DNA of 64,000 nucleotides, taken from assembly GCA_965235115.1 (NCBI GenBank), contig OZ249436.1, positions 37,016,001 through 37,080,000 of the forward strand. Reading direction: 5' to 3'. A program made the position numbers and the translations under genes. The notes below the pieces were generated by a model, which was given only the letters and a program-made list of their open reading frames with translations, ran no database searches and had not been told where the DNA came from. Positions 27,880-40,733 of the stretch are shown here, one piece after another. Numbering within the stretch: the stretch's first letter is position 1; each line of letters begins with the position of its first letter. This DNA comes from Laetmonice hystrix (Eukaryota).

Positions 27880-30163
27880 GTCATGAACCACTGAATTAAT
27901 GGTTCCTGTGGCCCTGAATAATATTATGACTGAGATACTGTCGACAGGGTGTAAACCTCCTATCCACACACTCACACTAATCCTCTCTACAGATGACGCC
28001 TTGTTCTTTGTCATCCTTCGAAATGTGAACGGCACAATAATCCACATACCTACCATAGAAATCCCAGGCCCTCTTTCAACTACCAGCATTTTGTTGTCCT
28101 CACCAAACACCACAGAGCGTCCATTACTTCGTTCAATTCGATGCGGGTGTCAGGATACATGACATGATCCAGTCTAAACGGTGTCATTACCCGCAGAGGC
28201 GCGGCTGAAACCAAAGAGGTATCACTGAGCTTTTGGAGTAGCGTCTGCAACCACTCGAAACAGCGGCCCAGCCGGTTGCTTCGCAACCATCCTCACGCAC
28301 GGGGACGTTGTGTCACGACAGACATGTTAAACGTCGTAGCCACTTCGCTGCCAAAAGTCGGCCACCTTTGCACGCGAGGAAAGGTTACGTGTTGGTTGGT
28401 TGGTTGGTTTCAACAAAACTGGGTAAAAAAACATCTGAAAGGGACTGCGTGTTGATATTTTAACCATATTAAAGGAGCTCTGCGCGTATTTAGGCTAAAA
28501 CTATTGTATTGCTTACGCAGAGAGCGCCCCTTCTGATTTGCGTTGGAAGGTTGCCATCGCTGATTGCTAATATTTGATGAACTTCAGGAGTGAATCCAGG
28601 TTTGCCCCCGGAAAATGGTTCTTTTCCTCGCCAGCGCCAATAAAAAGATCCCACTGTTCCACCCTCAAGAATGATTTATTTGCGGAAGAATGATGAATAC
28701 GCCTTTGTAATTGGGCCTGTATTCTTGCCAGCAACCCCCGCCTCATACAAGAGGGCTGGCTTCGACCCACATCCTACTGCTTACCGTGTGAGCGAGGCTA
28801 CCAGGCGTGCTCCGGGTGACCGAAGTGACTTGTCTACTGATAGTAGGTGTCAAGGGCGAGACTCGCGTTGGGAAGTGAAGCTGGTCAAAGGCCCATGCAT
28901 ACATCCCCCATTTTTACACAAACTAAAATAACGAAGGACGTTGCAAGTCATTCACACATGAGAACACGTAACACGATCGCTTGGAAACCTTCATATTGGG
29001 GCTTTCAAGATTGAAAATACAGGACTATTTGTCATCATGCATCAGTTCAAACATCTAAAAATAAGAAGGAAGCCCCGTCTTTGAGTAATGTAAATAAAGT
29101 ACTGTTGTTATGTTTGTGCTATGCTTGAAAAACGTCAATGCCCGATGCCATTTTGATACCACTCGTGCATGAGCAGCAATGTCTGTCGGAATACAACTCT
29201 TTGCACATAAAATACGTCATAGTTCACACGAAAAAGTACTCAGTGGCACGTGAGAACGAAGGAAGGCAGTCCAGGTGGAAAATATCTGGTATTTGAGACG
29301 CTATACATCCCTCTCCTGTCGCTGGCCTGGGCTACTGTCATATCTGACATGTCTAACCCTTTCAGCAACTCCCGTCTTGGTAGCTGCACAATTGTGTACA
29401 CTAATGTGGGAATGATGTACGCTAACTGAACCTCGTATCTTTTTCCCCCGTCGAACAGCAAAGTCACGTGCCTGGATACAGAAAAACCAACTGAAGCTTC
29501 TCCGTGACTACTTGCTGAACATCATCCACAAAAACTAGGTGGGCAGGATGCCTCTGGGGTACAACTTTCCAAGAAGGAAGAACATTCAGACAATGTTCCT
29601 ACTCCACGGTGTGGGGTTGAAATGCAATAAGACGCCGTGGTCTTCTTGAGATTGGTAATTCTATCAGAAGTTAAAGGGAAAGATTCAGTTTCTTAATTTT
29701 AATACTGTGCCTTAAAATACTTGCAGTATTAAACGGAGAAGCTTAGAATTTCCCATAGGGGCTGTCGATTACACTTCTGACCTATTCTGATCAATCTCAT
29801 GGAATGAGAAGCACAACTACCCCGCCGAGAGCCGTTCTTTAACACCAAAGCGTTGAGCGTGCTCATTAACTTTTAAGAAAGGCTACCTAACTTTTCTCCC
29901 AACAGCACATTCCCAACGCAGCGTGACAATTACGCTTTCAAAACGACTTGGTTTCAACAAAGTTCAATGAAGAGGAAGTGGGCCAGGGGACACCGCCCCT
30001 AGTTATTTTAGGGGGGGCCTGTCCCCCTCCCGAGTAACCCTATTATTTATATACCTTTCTGTGACAGCTGCTCAAGTTAAATTTTTTTTACAAAAGTTGG
30101 CTTCCAATAAATCAGTTAAAGCATCCCCCCTCCGAAATATAATTAATTATCCCTTCGAACGGT

Positions 30164-30688
30164 CCCAATACACAATGTTACTGCCTTGGTCTCTCCTTCT
30201 TTAATAAGACTATTATAACGTGCATCATGTGAGGTGCATGTTGTGAGACGTCATTCCGGCTAGATACGTCCGAACGGCTAGTTATGTACGATAGGAGATA
30301 TGTCCGCAAATATCAGCTAAATGTGTCCGGTAAGCCGGATATGTCCGCAAACATCAGCTAGATGTGTCCGGTAATCCGGATATGTCCGCAAATGTTAGCT
30401 GGTATCTAGCTGATATTTGCGGACATATCAATTTCTCCGGAAACGTCTAGCTGATGCATGCGGACATAATTATTTCCTATAGGACATAACTAACCGTTCG
30501 GACGTATCTAGCCGGAACAGACGTCCTTCTTCAAAGTTGGGGACAGCATATGGTACTGATTGCGGCCTCTACAGAGCAGACGCCTAGCTAGCCCAACTGC
30601 CTAGCAGCCAGACATGCACTCCTGATGCACGTTATACTAGGATAAAAGGAGAGATTAATGCAGTTGAGAAGAGAACATATGTATCGGG
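30164..30688. mobile_element. Inverted-repeat element with an inner foldback block (30247-30525)
   Basis: Outer arms GGTCTCTCCTTCT..TATAACGTGCATCA..GTGCATG / CATGCAC..TGATGCACGTTATA..AGGAGAGA. Inner arms TTCCGGCTAGATACGTCCGAACGG / CCGTTCGGACGTATCTAGCCGGAA enclose about 41-bp repeats. Confidence 0.7.
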
Positions 30689-30950
30689 TGTCTAACGCTA
30701 TACTAATAAGAACATAACATTTCAGCAATGATATTACACTGACGTAGATTCTTTGAGATATGTCAGGTGTTTCTGATTACATGAATTCATGGCCGAGCAA
30801 AACACTATATTTCATGTTGAGTAGATTAAAACCGCCTGTGTTTTTATTACACCAAGTTGTCCGAGAATGGGCGTCATCCGAGGTATCCGATGGGTAGAGA
30901 TCGTTAATGTTTAATGTGACATATTAGAATGTTTTAAAAGATGTTATTAT

Positions 30951-33908
30951 TACCCAGGGGGCCAGAGGGGTCAAGCAGACATGGTCTGCTGTAAAAGGTT
31001 GTTGTATATAGTTGGATTCCTTAGACCCTCATTAATAACTTCTAGGTGGACAACCTTTGCAACAAGCTACTGTAACTCCGCAATTCAAGATGGCGTCCAA
31101 GATGGCCACCATATCTTAAAGTCTCCATAATGTCGTCAATTTTTATTGAATTTTCATGTGCAATACCTCGTTTCTATGGTTTTCAGGGTCGGGGAATCCA
31201 TTTATGATGGTTTCACAGTGATAAAGACTGCAATTCAAGATGGCGTCCAAGATGGCCGCCATATATCACGTGAAATCTCCATAATGTCATCAATTTTCAT
31301 TTCATTTTCATGTGTAATACCTCGTTTCTATGGTTCTCAGGGTCGGGAAATCCATTTATGATGGTGTCACAGTGATAAAGACTGCAATTCAAGATGGCGT
31401 CCAAGATGGCCGCCATATATTAAATTCTCCATAATGTCGTCAATTCTTATTGAATTTTCATGTGCAATACCTCGTTTCTATGGTTTTCAGGGTCGGGGAA
31501 TCCATTTATGATGGTTTCACAGTGATAAAGACTGCAATTCAAGATGGCGTCCAAGATGGCCGCCATATATCATACAATCTCCATAATGTCATCAATTTTT
31601 ATTGAATTTTCATGTGCAATACCTCGTTTCTATGGTTTTCAGGGTCGGGGAATCCATTTATGATGGTTTCAGAGTGATAAAGACTGCAATTCAAGATGGC
31701 GTCCAAGATGGCCACCATATACATGTATCATGAAATCTCCATAATGTCGTCAATTTTCATTTCATTTTCATGTGTAATACCTTGTTTTTCAGGGTTGTGA
31801 AATCTATTTATGATGGTTTCAAAGTGATATGATTTGCTTTATACCATGTAAATGAAAAACAAACATTAAGACATAGCCTAAGTACCCATTACTACATTCG
31901 ACTTTTACTTGAATCAGTCCCGTGATAAAAGCGGCCCCCGTAAAATCTTTGAGGGAATCCCGGAACAAGTGTGTACAATGTACTCTTGCTTGTTTCTGAT
32001 AGATGGCTCGCTCTCTCGCTCAATCACTCATTTACTCACCCTGCCTCAGTCACTCAATCACTTACTCATGCATGTAGTATAGTGGGATATTGCTTGTCTG
32101 TGGTGTTGACTTCTAAGAACTGGTGATGGTATTGGCATTGCAAGTGTGTGAACCAAGATGACTAGCCAGACAGGGAAGAGAGTTGTTGAAGGAGTTGTGC
32201 CATTGGAGCGACCAAAGAAAAGGCGAGAGGATCCACTGACTGTTGACTAGAAGAAGTTGTCATTTGCCAGGCAGAATCACAAAAGGGACTTGTACATGTT
32301 ACATCAGTAACAAAGCTTATGCGGCCATGACTGCTCGGCAGCATGATACTACAGGAGCACATAGCCAACGACACGTGGATCACAGACAAATTCCCCAAAT
32401 GGCATGCAAAATGCAGGAACCTCTACCTCAATGAAAAGAGCTATACTGACAGAAAGGAAGCGTCTTGGAACACCAGATAAGGCTGATCAACCCTCAAACA
32501 GTACACTTCCCAGGTCACCTATTGCCACCACACGAAGCTTTGTTACTGATGTAACATGTACAAGTCCCTTTTGTGATTCTGCCTGGCAAATGACAACTTC
32601 TTCTAGTCAACAGTCAGTAGATCCTGTCGCCTTTGCTTTGGTCGCTCCAATGACACAACTCCTTCAACAACTCTCTTCCCTGTCTGGCTATAGTCATCTT
32701 GGTTCACACACTTGCAATGCCAATACCATCACCAGTTCTTAGAAGTCAACACCACAGACAAGCAATATCCCACTATACTTCATGCATGAGTAAGTGATTG
32801 AGTGACTGAGGCAGGGTGAGTAAATGAGTGATTGAGCGAGAGAGCGAGCCATCTACCAGAAACAAGCAAGAGTACACTTGTTCCGGGATTCCCTCAAAGA
32901 TTTTAGGTGGGCAGTTTTTGTCACGGGACTATAACTGATTCAAGTCAAAGTCGAACGTAGTAATGGGTACTTAGGCTATGTCTTAATGTTTGTTTTTCAT
33001 TTACATGGTATAAAGTAAATCATATCACTTTGAAACCATCATAAATAGATTTCACAACCCTGAAAAACAAGGTATTACACATGAAAATGAAATGAAAATT
33101 GACGACGTTATGGAGGTTTCATGATATATGGCGGCCATCTTGGACGCCATCTTGAATTGCAGTCTTTATCACTGTGAAACCATCATAAATGGATTCCCCG
33201 ACCCTGAAAACCATAGAAACGAGGTATTGCACATGAAAATTCAATAAAAATTGACTACATTATGGAGACTTTAAGATATGGTGGCCATCTTGGACGCCAT
33301 CTTGAATTGCAGCCTTTATCACTGTGAAACCATCATAAATGGATTCCCCGACCCTGAGAACCATAGAAACGAGGTATTACACATGAAAATGCAATGAAAA
33401 TTGATGACATTATGGAGATTTCATGTGATATATGGCGGCCATCTTGGACGCCATCTTGAATATTGCAGTCTCTATCACTCTGAAACCATCATAAATGGAT
33501 TCCCCGACCCTGAAAACCATAGAAACGAGGTATTGCACATGAAAATTCAATAAAAATTGATGACATTATGGAGATTGTATGATATATGGCGGCCATCTTG
33601 GACGCCATCTTGAATTGCAGTCTTTATCACTGTGAAACCATCATAAATGGATTCCCCGACCCTGAAAACCATAGAAACGAGGTATTGCACATAAAAATTC
33701 AATAAAAATTGACGACATTATGGAGACTTTAAGATATGGTGGCCATCTTGGACGCCATCTTGAATTGCGGAGTTACAGTAGCATGTTGCAAAGGTTGTCC
33801 ACCTAGAAGTTATTACTGAGGGTCTAAGGAATCCAACCATATACAACAACCTTTTACAGCAGACCGTGTCTGTTTTCACAAAAAAAAACGTGGCTGGCCC
33901 CCTGGGTA
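30951..33908. mobile_element. Academ-derived foldback element: two about 1.37-kb inverted arms and a 216-bp spacer
   Basis: Termini TACCCAGGGGGCCAG...CTGGCCCCCTGGGTA, 3-bp TSD TAT/TAT. Arms 30951-32318 and 32535-33908, each with five about 150-bp repeats carrying CAAGATGGCGTCCAAGATGGC. Confidence 0.85.
32158..32534 (+). pseudogene. 5' fragment of an Academ-like transposase (frameshifted, truncated)
   Basis: MTSQTGKRVVEGVVPLERPKKRREDPLTVD*KK/VICQ...DTWITDKFPKWHAKCRNLYLNEKSY resembles the DWxxCxICQ...WHxxCR N-terminal motif of Academ transposases. Its first part is mirrored in the right arm. Confidence 0.6.
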
Positions 33909-34273
33909 TATCCCCCACTTTATTTTGTTGTTGCACTTTCTATATGTTAATAATTTAACAAACAAACTGGAACAATTATCATCATTCTATAGGTACAAAA
34001 ATCTGACTTCTCGGAACCTCAAGTACTTCAATGGTTATTCAGATGTGATCAGGTCCAGTCCATAGCGTTATGGAAGGGAGACACATACGCCCAGACTCTT
34101 TGTGACTTGACTTGTGCCATAGCGCCCACTCTGGCCCCCACTCTGGCCCCCACGCGGCGACGAATGAAATCACTTTTGGCGCATTGTGACTCTGGGATAG
34201 CACTGCTTTCACAATGGCGGCGCCCGTATGAGATGGACTGACTGAGCCCAGTTTAAATTTAATGTAGACCTAC

Positions 34274-34610
34274 CATTCAGTTATCATGTGGGCTTCATCG
34301 ATGGCTATGCAGCACACTCTTGACTGGAATTCTTCATTCTGAATCAGTGCTTGACCACTTTATGCCTTTGTTAATACCTCATGATGTGAATCAACCAACT
34401 GGTAGACCTAGTGGACATTTGGCAGGGCATTTATGTCCACATCTGAACAGACAGGTTTGCCCTCGAGCTCAGGACCATACACATAGATCTTCGTCTCCGA
34501 GGTCCACTTTGTCCATGGAGTAGGCCGTGCGTGTATGGAAATCCAGAACACATGCAGGTACACCCCTCTTGGTCAAGGTATGTCTTGGATGAGGGACAAA
34601 ATTCCTCTTC
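34274..34610 (-). pseudogene. Decayed RecQ-family (DEAH) helicase exon, motifs Ia-II
   Basis: TGTAG acceptor and GTAGGT donor. Reads LSLIQD..LTKRGVPAC..YQLVDSHHEVL..IQNEEFQSRVCCIAIDEAHMITEW with stops and frameshifts. Confidence 0.8.
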
Positions 34611-34659
34611 CTACAAAAGAAAAGTCTGAAAATGGGTTGCTTTTGATATGGTCCATGAC

Positions 34660-35075
34660 CAGAAACTCGTAGCAAGTCTTGACATATCGGGGGGGGGGGG
34701 GAGGTTGTGGGAAATCGTAGTTCTTGACAAGTCTTGACAATTCGCAGCAAATCGTGAGGACAGTCGTAGGTACTTCGTAGGTAAATCGTGCCAGTTCGTG
34801 ATGGTTCGGCATTAGTTCGGCACGGTTTGTAACAGAATCGTAGTTGATTCGTTCATATCAGTTGTACTGCATGTAGTGTGAACGGAATCGAATTGGGAAA
34901 TGCGTGTGAATGGTGTGGACTCGCTGGTGTTGCTTCGGTTTACAGTATGAAAGCGGCATAAGACATCTTTGCACACAGCTGTGAAAGAGTTTCTGAACAC
35001 GGCGGGAATCTTTCATGCAATTATTGTAAGAAACAGTCGGCAAATTTTGATCAAATTCAGCACCGTTACACATTA
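34660..35075. mobile_element. Fragment of a non-coding DNA transposon (Harbinger-like repeat texture)
   Basis: Dense TCGTAG/TCGTGA/GTTCGGCA/CTTGACAA motifs; no termini identified. Confidence 0.3.
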
Positions 35076-35798
35076 GAAATGCAGCGCTAATACGCCAGCT
35101 TCAGGCTGGCGCTGGCCTTAGTGCAGGGGTGAGAGTTGGTGTGCGGGTGGGTGCTTTGCTTTAGCTGCATGCACGCCTACATTCAGTCTGTATAGAAAAT
35201 GCACCGGAATAACTCTAACAAAATGTATTTTTCGCGTTTCATAATCAATGGTTCTGGGATCTAAAATACCGCCGAGTTCTATACAATGGATCTGTTTTGC
35301 AGCTGCGCAACACAAACGCTGGCAAAACATTTCTTATAGGATCATATATACGCTTAGTCTATACAGATCTATTTAACGAAGTGAAATGGCCATTTAAACA
35401 GTGGTAACGTTAGTACATTTATATTGAATTCCAGTCAAAAGCATTTCGTTCACTTATAGAAGGAAATTTTGATTATATAGATCAATAACAATAAAGTTTG
35501 TTCGATTGCCAAGTTTCAGGAATTAAATACCACAAACAAAATAAAATCGCATCTGCATTATAGGCACGTAGCCTCTCAGATTTACACAAAGGGTATCAAC
35601 AGTGTGCTATAATATTGCTCCCCATGGCATGGAAACACAATCATGTATTGCAGCTGGTGTATATTTAAGCGCTGGGAATGACAGAAGATAGAAGAATCCA
35701 CATCTTAATGTTACGAAGCCGGAGCTGCATTCTTCTAAATGGTCTCATCGGGCTGTATAAAGGTAAATAAAACTACAACATTGTATAACGTTTTATAG

Positions 35799-35984
35799 AC
35801 CCATGCCGCCAGATTTCCAAATAAAAAACGCGGCTCAACTTGTTTTGTTTTCTCCTCCTCCTCCTCCTCCTCCTCCTCCTCCTCCTTCTTCTCCTGCTCT
35901 CTCCCCATCCTCCTCCTCCTCCCTCCTCCTCCTCCCTGCAACCCCTCCTCCTCCCCCTCTTCTTCTTCTTCTTCTTCTTCTTCT

Positions 35985-36017
<33 letters not shown>

Positions 36018-36019
36018 GT

Positions 36020-36052
<33 letters not shown>

Positions 36053-37481
36053 TTCTTCTTCTTCTTCTTCTTCTTCTTCTTCTTCTTCTTCTTCCTCCTC
36101 CTCCTCCTCCTCCATTTTTTCGTTCCTAGAGTATAATAGATTCCATACAAACGGTCACCTCTTCCCTATTTCCAATTCGTCATAGATCATCTTCCCCTTC
36201 CATCCCGTCCCATTCCTCAGGTCAAGTGAAGTAGCCCGTGTCAAACAGGCTCTCTCTCCTAGGGTTAGCTGCTCGTCCACCGAGGGCTAGATTTGGATTT
36301 CTCGGTACGGCTACAGGCCGTCCCACTTCAAAGTCGGTAATCTCCACGGATACCGCGTCGCTCTCGGCGCCCGCGGTAATACCGCGTGGACGAAGGGGCT
36401 TCCGCTTCCGTCATCCGGCCGCCCGGCTCCAAATACCGCGCTCTCTCTGGCTTGTGTAGAACGTTCGCGGGTAAAACTTCGGGGATTAATCCAAAGTAGC
36501 GCATCAAGACGTTCTACGTAGCGTTGCCTGTTATCGTCTTCTGATATCATTCACCATACGCCTAGTAATATCATGTTCTTTGAATCGTTAAATTGGGCCA
36601 ATCAGTGTTGTTATTTGTGACATGTTTGCATGGCGCTGAAACAAAATCGTCTACCTCACCGAACTGAAAGAAAGATCGCGTTATGTTAGCGTTCTTTCTC
36701 TTCAAAAGAGGTTTATTGATTTGTAATCGTTTGTTCTCTTCTAATGACTCCGAGACGAAGCACTTCAAGGTACGTTTACTGATACCTCTAAAACCACACA
36801 CTCGTACCGTGTTTTACTGATAACCTCAAACACCACGGACTGGTAGTGTTATGTGTTAACCTCTAAAACCACGCACTCGTACCGTGTTTTACTGATAACC
36901 TCAAACACCACGGACTGGTAGTGTTATGTGTTAACCTCTAAAACCATGCACTTGTACAGTAGTACGGTATGCGCTAACCTCTAAAACCCCACACTGGTAT
37001 TACAGTGTTATGTGCTAACCTCTAAAACCCCACACTGGTACAGTGTTATGTGCTAACCTCTAAAACCCCACACTGGTACAGTGTTATGTGCTAACCTCTA
37101 AAACCCCACACTGGTAGTGTTATGTGCTAACCTCTAAAACCACGCCCTGGCGCCATGTTATATGCTAACCTCTAAAACCCCACACTGGTATTACAGTGTT
37201 ATGTGCTAACCTCTAAAACCCCACACTGGTACAGTGTTATGTGCTAACCTCTAAAACCCCACACTGGTACAGTGTTATGTGCTCCTCTAAAACCCCACAC
37301 CACCCCATGCCGCCAGATTTCCAAATAAAAAACGCGGCTCAACTTGTTTTGTTTTCTCCTCCTCCTCCTCCTCCTCCTCCTTCTTCTCCTGCTCTCTCCC
37401 CATCCTCCTCCTCCTCCCTCCTCCTCCTCCCTGCAACCCCTCCTCCTCCCCCTCTCTTCTTCTTCTTCTTCTTCTTCTTCT

Positions 37482-37552
<71 letters not shown>

Positions 37553-38782
37553 TTCTTCTTCTTCTTCTTCCTCCTCCTCCTCCTCCTCCTCCTCCATTTT
37601 TTCGTTCCTAGAGTATAATAGATTCCATACAAACGGTCACCTCTTCCCTATTTCCAATTCGTCATAGATCATCTTCCCCTTCCATCCCGTCCCATTCCTC
37701 AGGTCAAGTGAAGTAGCCCGTGTCAAACAGGCTCTCTCTTCTAGGGTTAGCTGCTCGTCCACCGAGGGCTAGATTTGGATTTCTCGGTACGGCTACAGGC
37801 CGTCCCACTTCAAAGTCGGTAATCTCCACGGATACCGCGTCGCTCTCGGCGCCCGCGGTAATACCGCGTGGACGAAGGGGCTTCCGCTTCCGTCATCCGG
37901 CCGCCCGGCTCCAAATACCGCGCTCTCTCTGGCTTGTGTAGAACGTTCGCGGGTAAAACTTCGGGGATTAATCCAAAGTAGCGCATCAAGACGTTCTACG
38001 TAGCGTTGCCTGTTATCGTCTTCTGATATCATTCACCATACGCCTAGTAATATCATGTTCTTTGAATCGTTAAATTGGGCCAATCAGTGTTGTTATTTGT
38101 GACATGTTTGCATGGCGCTGAAACAAAATCGTCTACCTCACCGAACTGAAAGAAAGATCGCGTTATGTTAGCGTTCTTTCTCTTCAAAAGAGGTTTATTG
38201 ATTTGTAATCGTTTGTTCTCTTCTAATGACTCCGAGACGAAGCACTTCAAGGTACGTTTACTGATACCTCTAAAACCACACACTCGTACCGTGTTTTACT
38301 GATAACCTCAAACACCACGGACTGGTAGTGTTATGTGTTAACCTCTAAAACCACGCACTCGTACCGTGTTTTACTGATAACCTCAAACACCACGGACTGG
38401 TAGTGTTATGTGTTAACCTCTAAAACCATGCACTTGTACAGTAGTACGGTATGCGCTAACCTCTAAAACCCCACACTGGTATTACAGTGTTATGTGCTAA
38501 CCTCTAAAACCCCACACTGGTACAGTGTTATGTGCTAACCTCTAAAACCCCACACTGGTACAGTGTTATGTGCTAACCTCTAAAACCCCACACTGGTAGT
38601 GTTATGTGCTAACCTCTAAAACCACGCCCTGGCGCCATGTTATATGCTAACCTCTAAAACCCCACACTGGTATTACAGTGTTATGTGCTAACCTCTAAAA
38701 CCCCACACTGGTACAGTGTTATGTGCTAACCTCTAAAACCCCACACTGGTACAGTGTTATGTGCTCCTCTAAAACCCCACAC
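35799..38782. repeat. Direct tandem duplication, about 1.48-1.5-kb unit x2
   Basis: Identical ORFs at offset 1482 (36238/37720, 36571/38053). Unit = (CCT)n/(CTT)n tract, about 660 bp of unique DNA, then a 38-bp minisatellite. Confidence 0.95.
35851..36113. repeat. Compound (CCT)n/(CTT)n polypyrimidine microsatellite (second copy about 37355-37595)
   Basis: Read directly; it generates the poly-E/K/F/L/S pseudo-ORFs. Confidence 0.95.
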
Positions 38783-39105
38783 TTGTACAGTGTTATGTGC
38801 TAATCTCTAAAAACCCCACACTGGTACAGTGTTATGTGCTAACCTCTAAAACCCCACACTGGTACAGTGTTATGTGCTAACCTCTAAAACCCCACACTGG
38901 TACATTGTTATGTGCTAACCTCTAAAACCCCACACTGGTACAGTGTTATATGCTAACCTCTAAAACCCCACACTGGTACAGTGTTATATGCTAACCTCTA
39001 AAACCCCACACTGGTACAGTGTTATGTGCTAACCTCTAAAACCACGCCCTGGTACAGTGTTATGTGCTAACCTCAAAAACCACGGTCGTACCGTGTTATG
39101 TGCTC
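38262..39105. repeat. 38-bp minisatellite (shorter copy at about 36780-37300)
   Basis: Unit GTGCTAACCTCTAAAACCCCACACTGGTACAGTGTTAT with internal hairpin ACACTG-GTA-CAGTGT. Confidence 0.95.
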
Positions 39106-40205
39106 GGTGCAAGCCAATAAAGACACAATGCCGTGCAGAATGTCCCCATGTGAGATTGCTAAGGGGATTTACAACACGCGTTGACCGTGGCCCCAAAGGC
39201 GCAGAAATATATTAAAAACAGATATCAGTTACAGAACAGGAATGCGCTCAGTTAAAGGTCCCCCCCCCCCCCCCCCGAGTATGAAACCACTATAACTCGT
39301 GGTCGTGCTGGGGTTTTGAATAGAAATTAAAACCAATTCTCTTGCCAATTCTCATCACCTCGTAAAATTGGTAGACAATGCTCAGTCACGAGACAAAAGG
39401 TCCTATAGATTGGAAGTCCTTTCAAAAAGTTTTTCATCATATCAAAACATTTCTGAACCGTAGATTCAGTGGAGTTACAACGTGAAACCTCATCCTGCTC
39501 ACTTGATCCAACTCAAACAACAGGCTGAGCTAATGGTCATTTGTAAGGAAGTTAGTGGAAGGGTAGCGATGATTGCTTACCTATTATTTGCAGGAATGGG
39601 CTCCCGGGAAACACTCGGGTCTACTACAGGTCACGTGAGAAAAGATTACATGGAGATCCCGAGTTTGTATTGTACCACGACCCCAGACGTTCCCCGCCCG
39701 TCTCGGAAACAATGAGGGATCAGGTTATCGTGCAGCCACAGACGTGGGCCAGGTCGTGGTAAATCATTGGTTTATCCTAGAGTCGAGTAAACCAGAATCT
39801 CCTTACGGGATATGACAAGGAAATGACCTTGCCAATTTGGTGACCGTGATGATGTCGAACATACATGGCGCGTGTGAAATGACGGGTGATTATCCGAGGT
39901 CTGTTTCATGAGGGATTATACGCTGGATCACACATGATTATAGGACAGTTCTCCCAGCTTACATCACGTTGGTGTCGGTACTGTTTTTCTACGTGTTCCT
40001 TGCACTGAGAAGCCACCGTTAGAAGCCATTTGTGGTTGGTTTCAAGCATTTAGTGAATGTCTTGTTTCTCGAGCCCATCCAGTATTGGTCAACGCAATGC
40101 AGACAAAAGCAGCATCAGGCACTGGTTTGTCACACAGCAATAACAGAAGGATATTGATATCAATAGATATAAATTTACTTACATTGTACTTAGATTCACC
40201 TTTAA

Positions 40206-40733
40206 AGGGGCATATTATGAGGAAACGTTAAAAATCGGAATTTCATAGAACTTTTTCTGTTTTCATAAAGAGATCCTTCATTAAAATTGCTTAGTAAACA
40301 AAGACAGACTTATCAGTTTCATTTTGCGTGAGAAATCGAAGTTTATTAAGCTCCCTTGCCCGCTTCTCTGCCGATTTCGTAAAATATTTTTTGGGTGGCA
40401 TTCTGATGCCGGGCGATCGAGTGCCACTGCTGAATTGTTTACAACTAAGCAAAGCACGTGACTAAGCACATGCAGAGAGTGCACACGCAGGATGTGACGC
40501 AGTACGCGATTACACGGGTTGATGGGGGGTTGTCCGCCAAATTATGGCGGCAGATGTGTTATCGGGAGAAATCTTTAGGTTTGGTCGTATAGAACCTACT
40601 TGTGCTGCATACGCAGCGAAAACACGTCGGAGGACAAAATGCTGTGGTAGGATTGTTTACTTGGATCCCTAGTACACAGTCATGTTGGATAATTGCCGGA
40701 AATCCTCAAAAACGTGTTTCATAGCATGCCCCT
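40206..40733. mobile_element. Kolobok-type MITE
   Basis: TTAA|AGGGGCATATTATGA...TCATAGCATGCCCCT|TTAA. Confidence 0.8.

Noticed and set aside
34400..34460. CGHKCPAKC NF-X1-like zinc finger on the minus strand
   Set aside because: It is an alternative frame of the RecQ exon, which has far stronger motif support.
35735..37667. Poly-E/K/R/F/L/S ORFs
   Set aside because: They are translations of (CTT)n/(CCT)n microsatellites, open in several frames on both strands.
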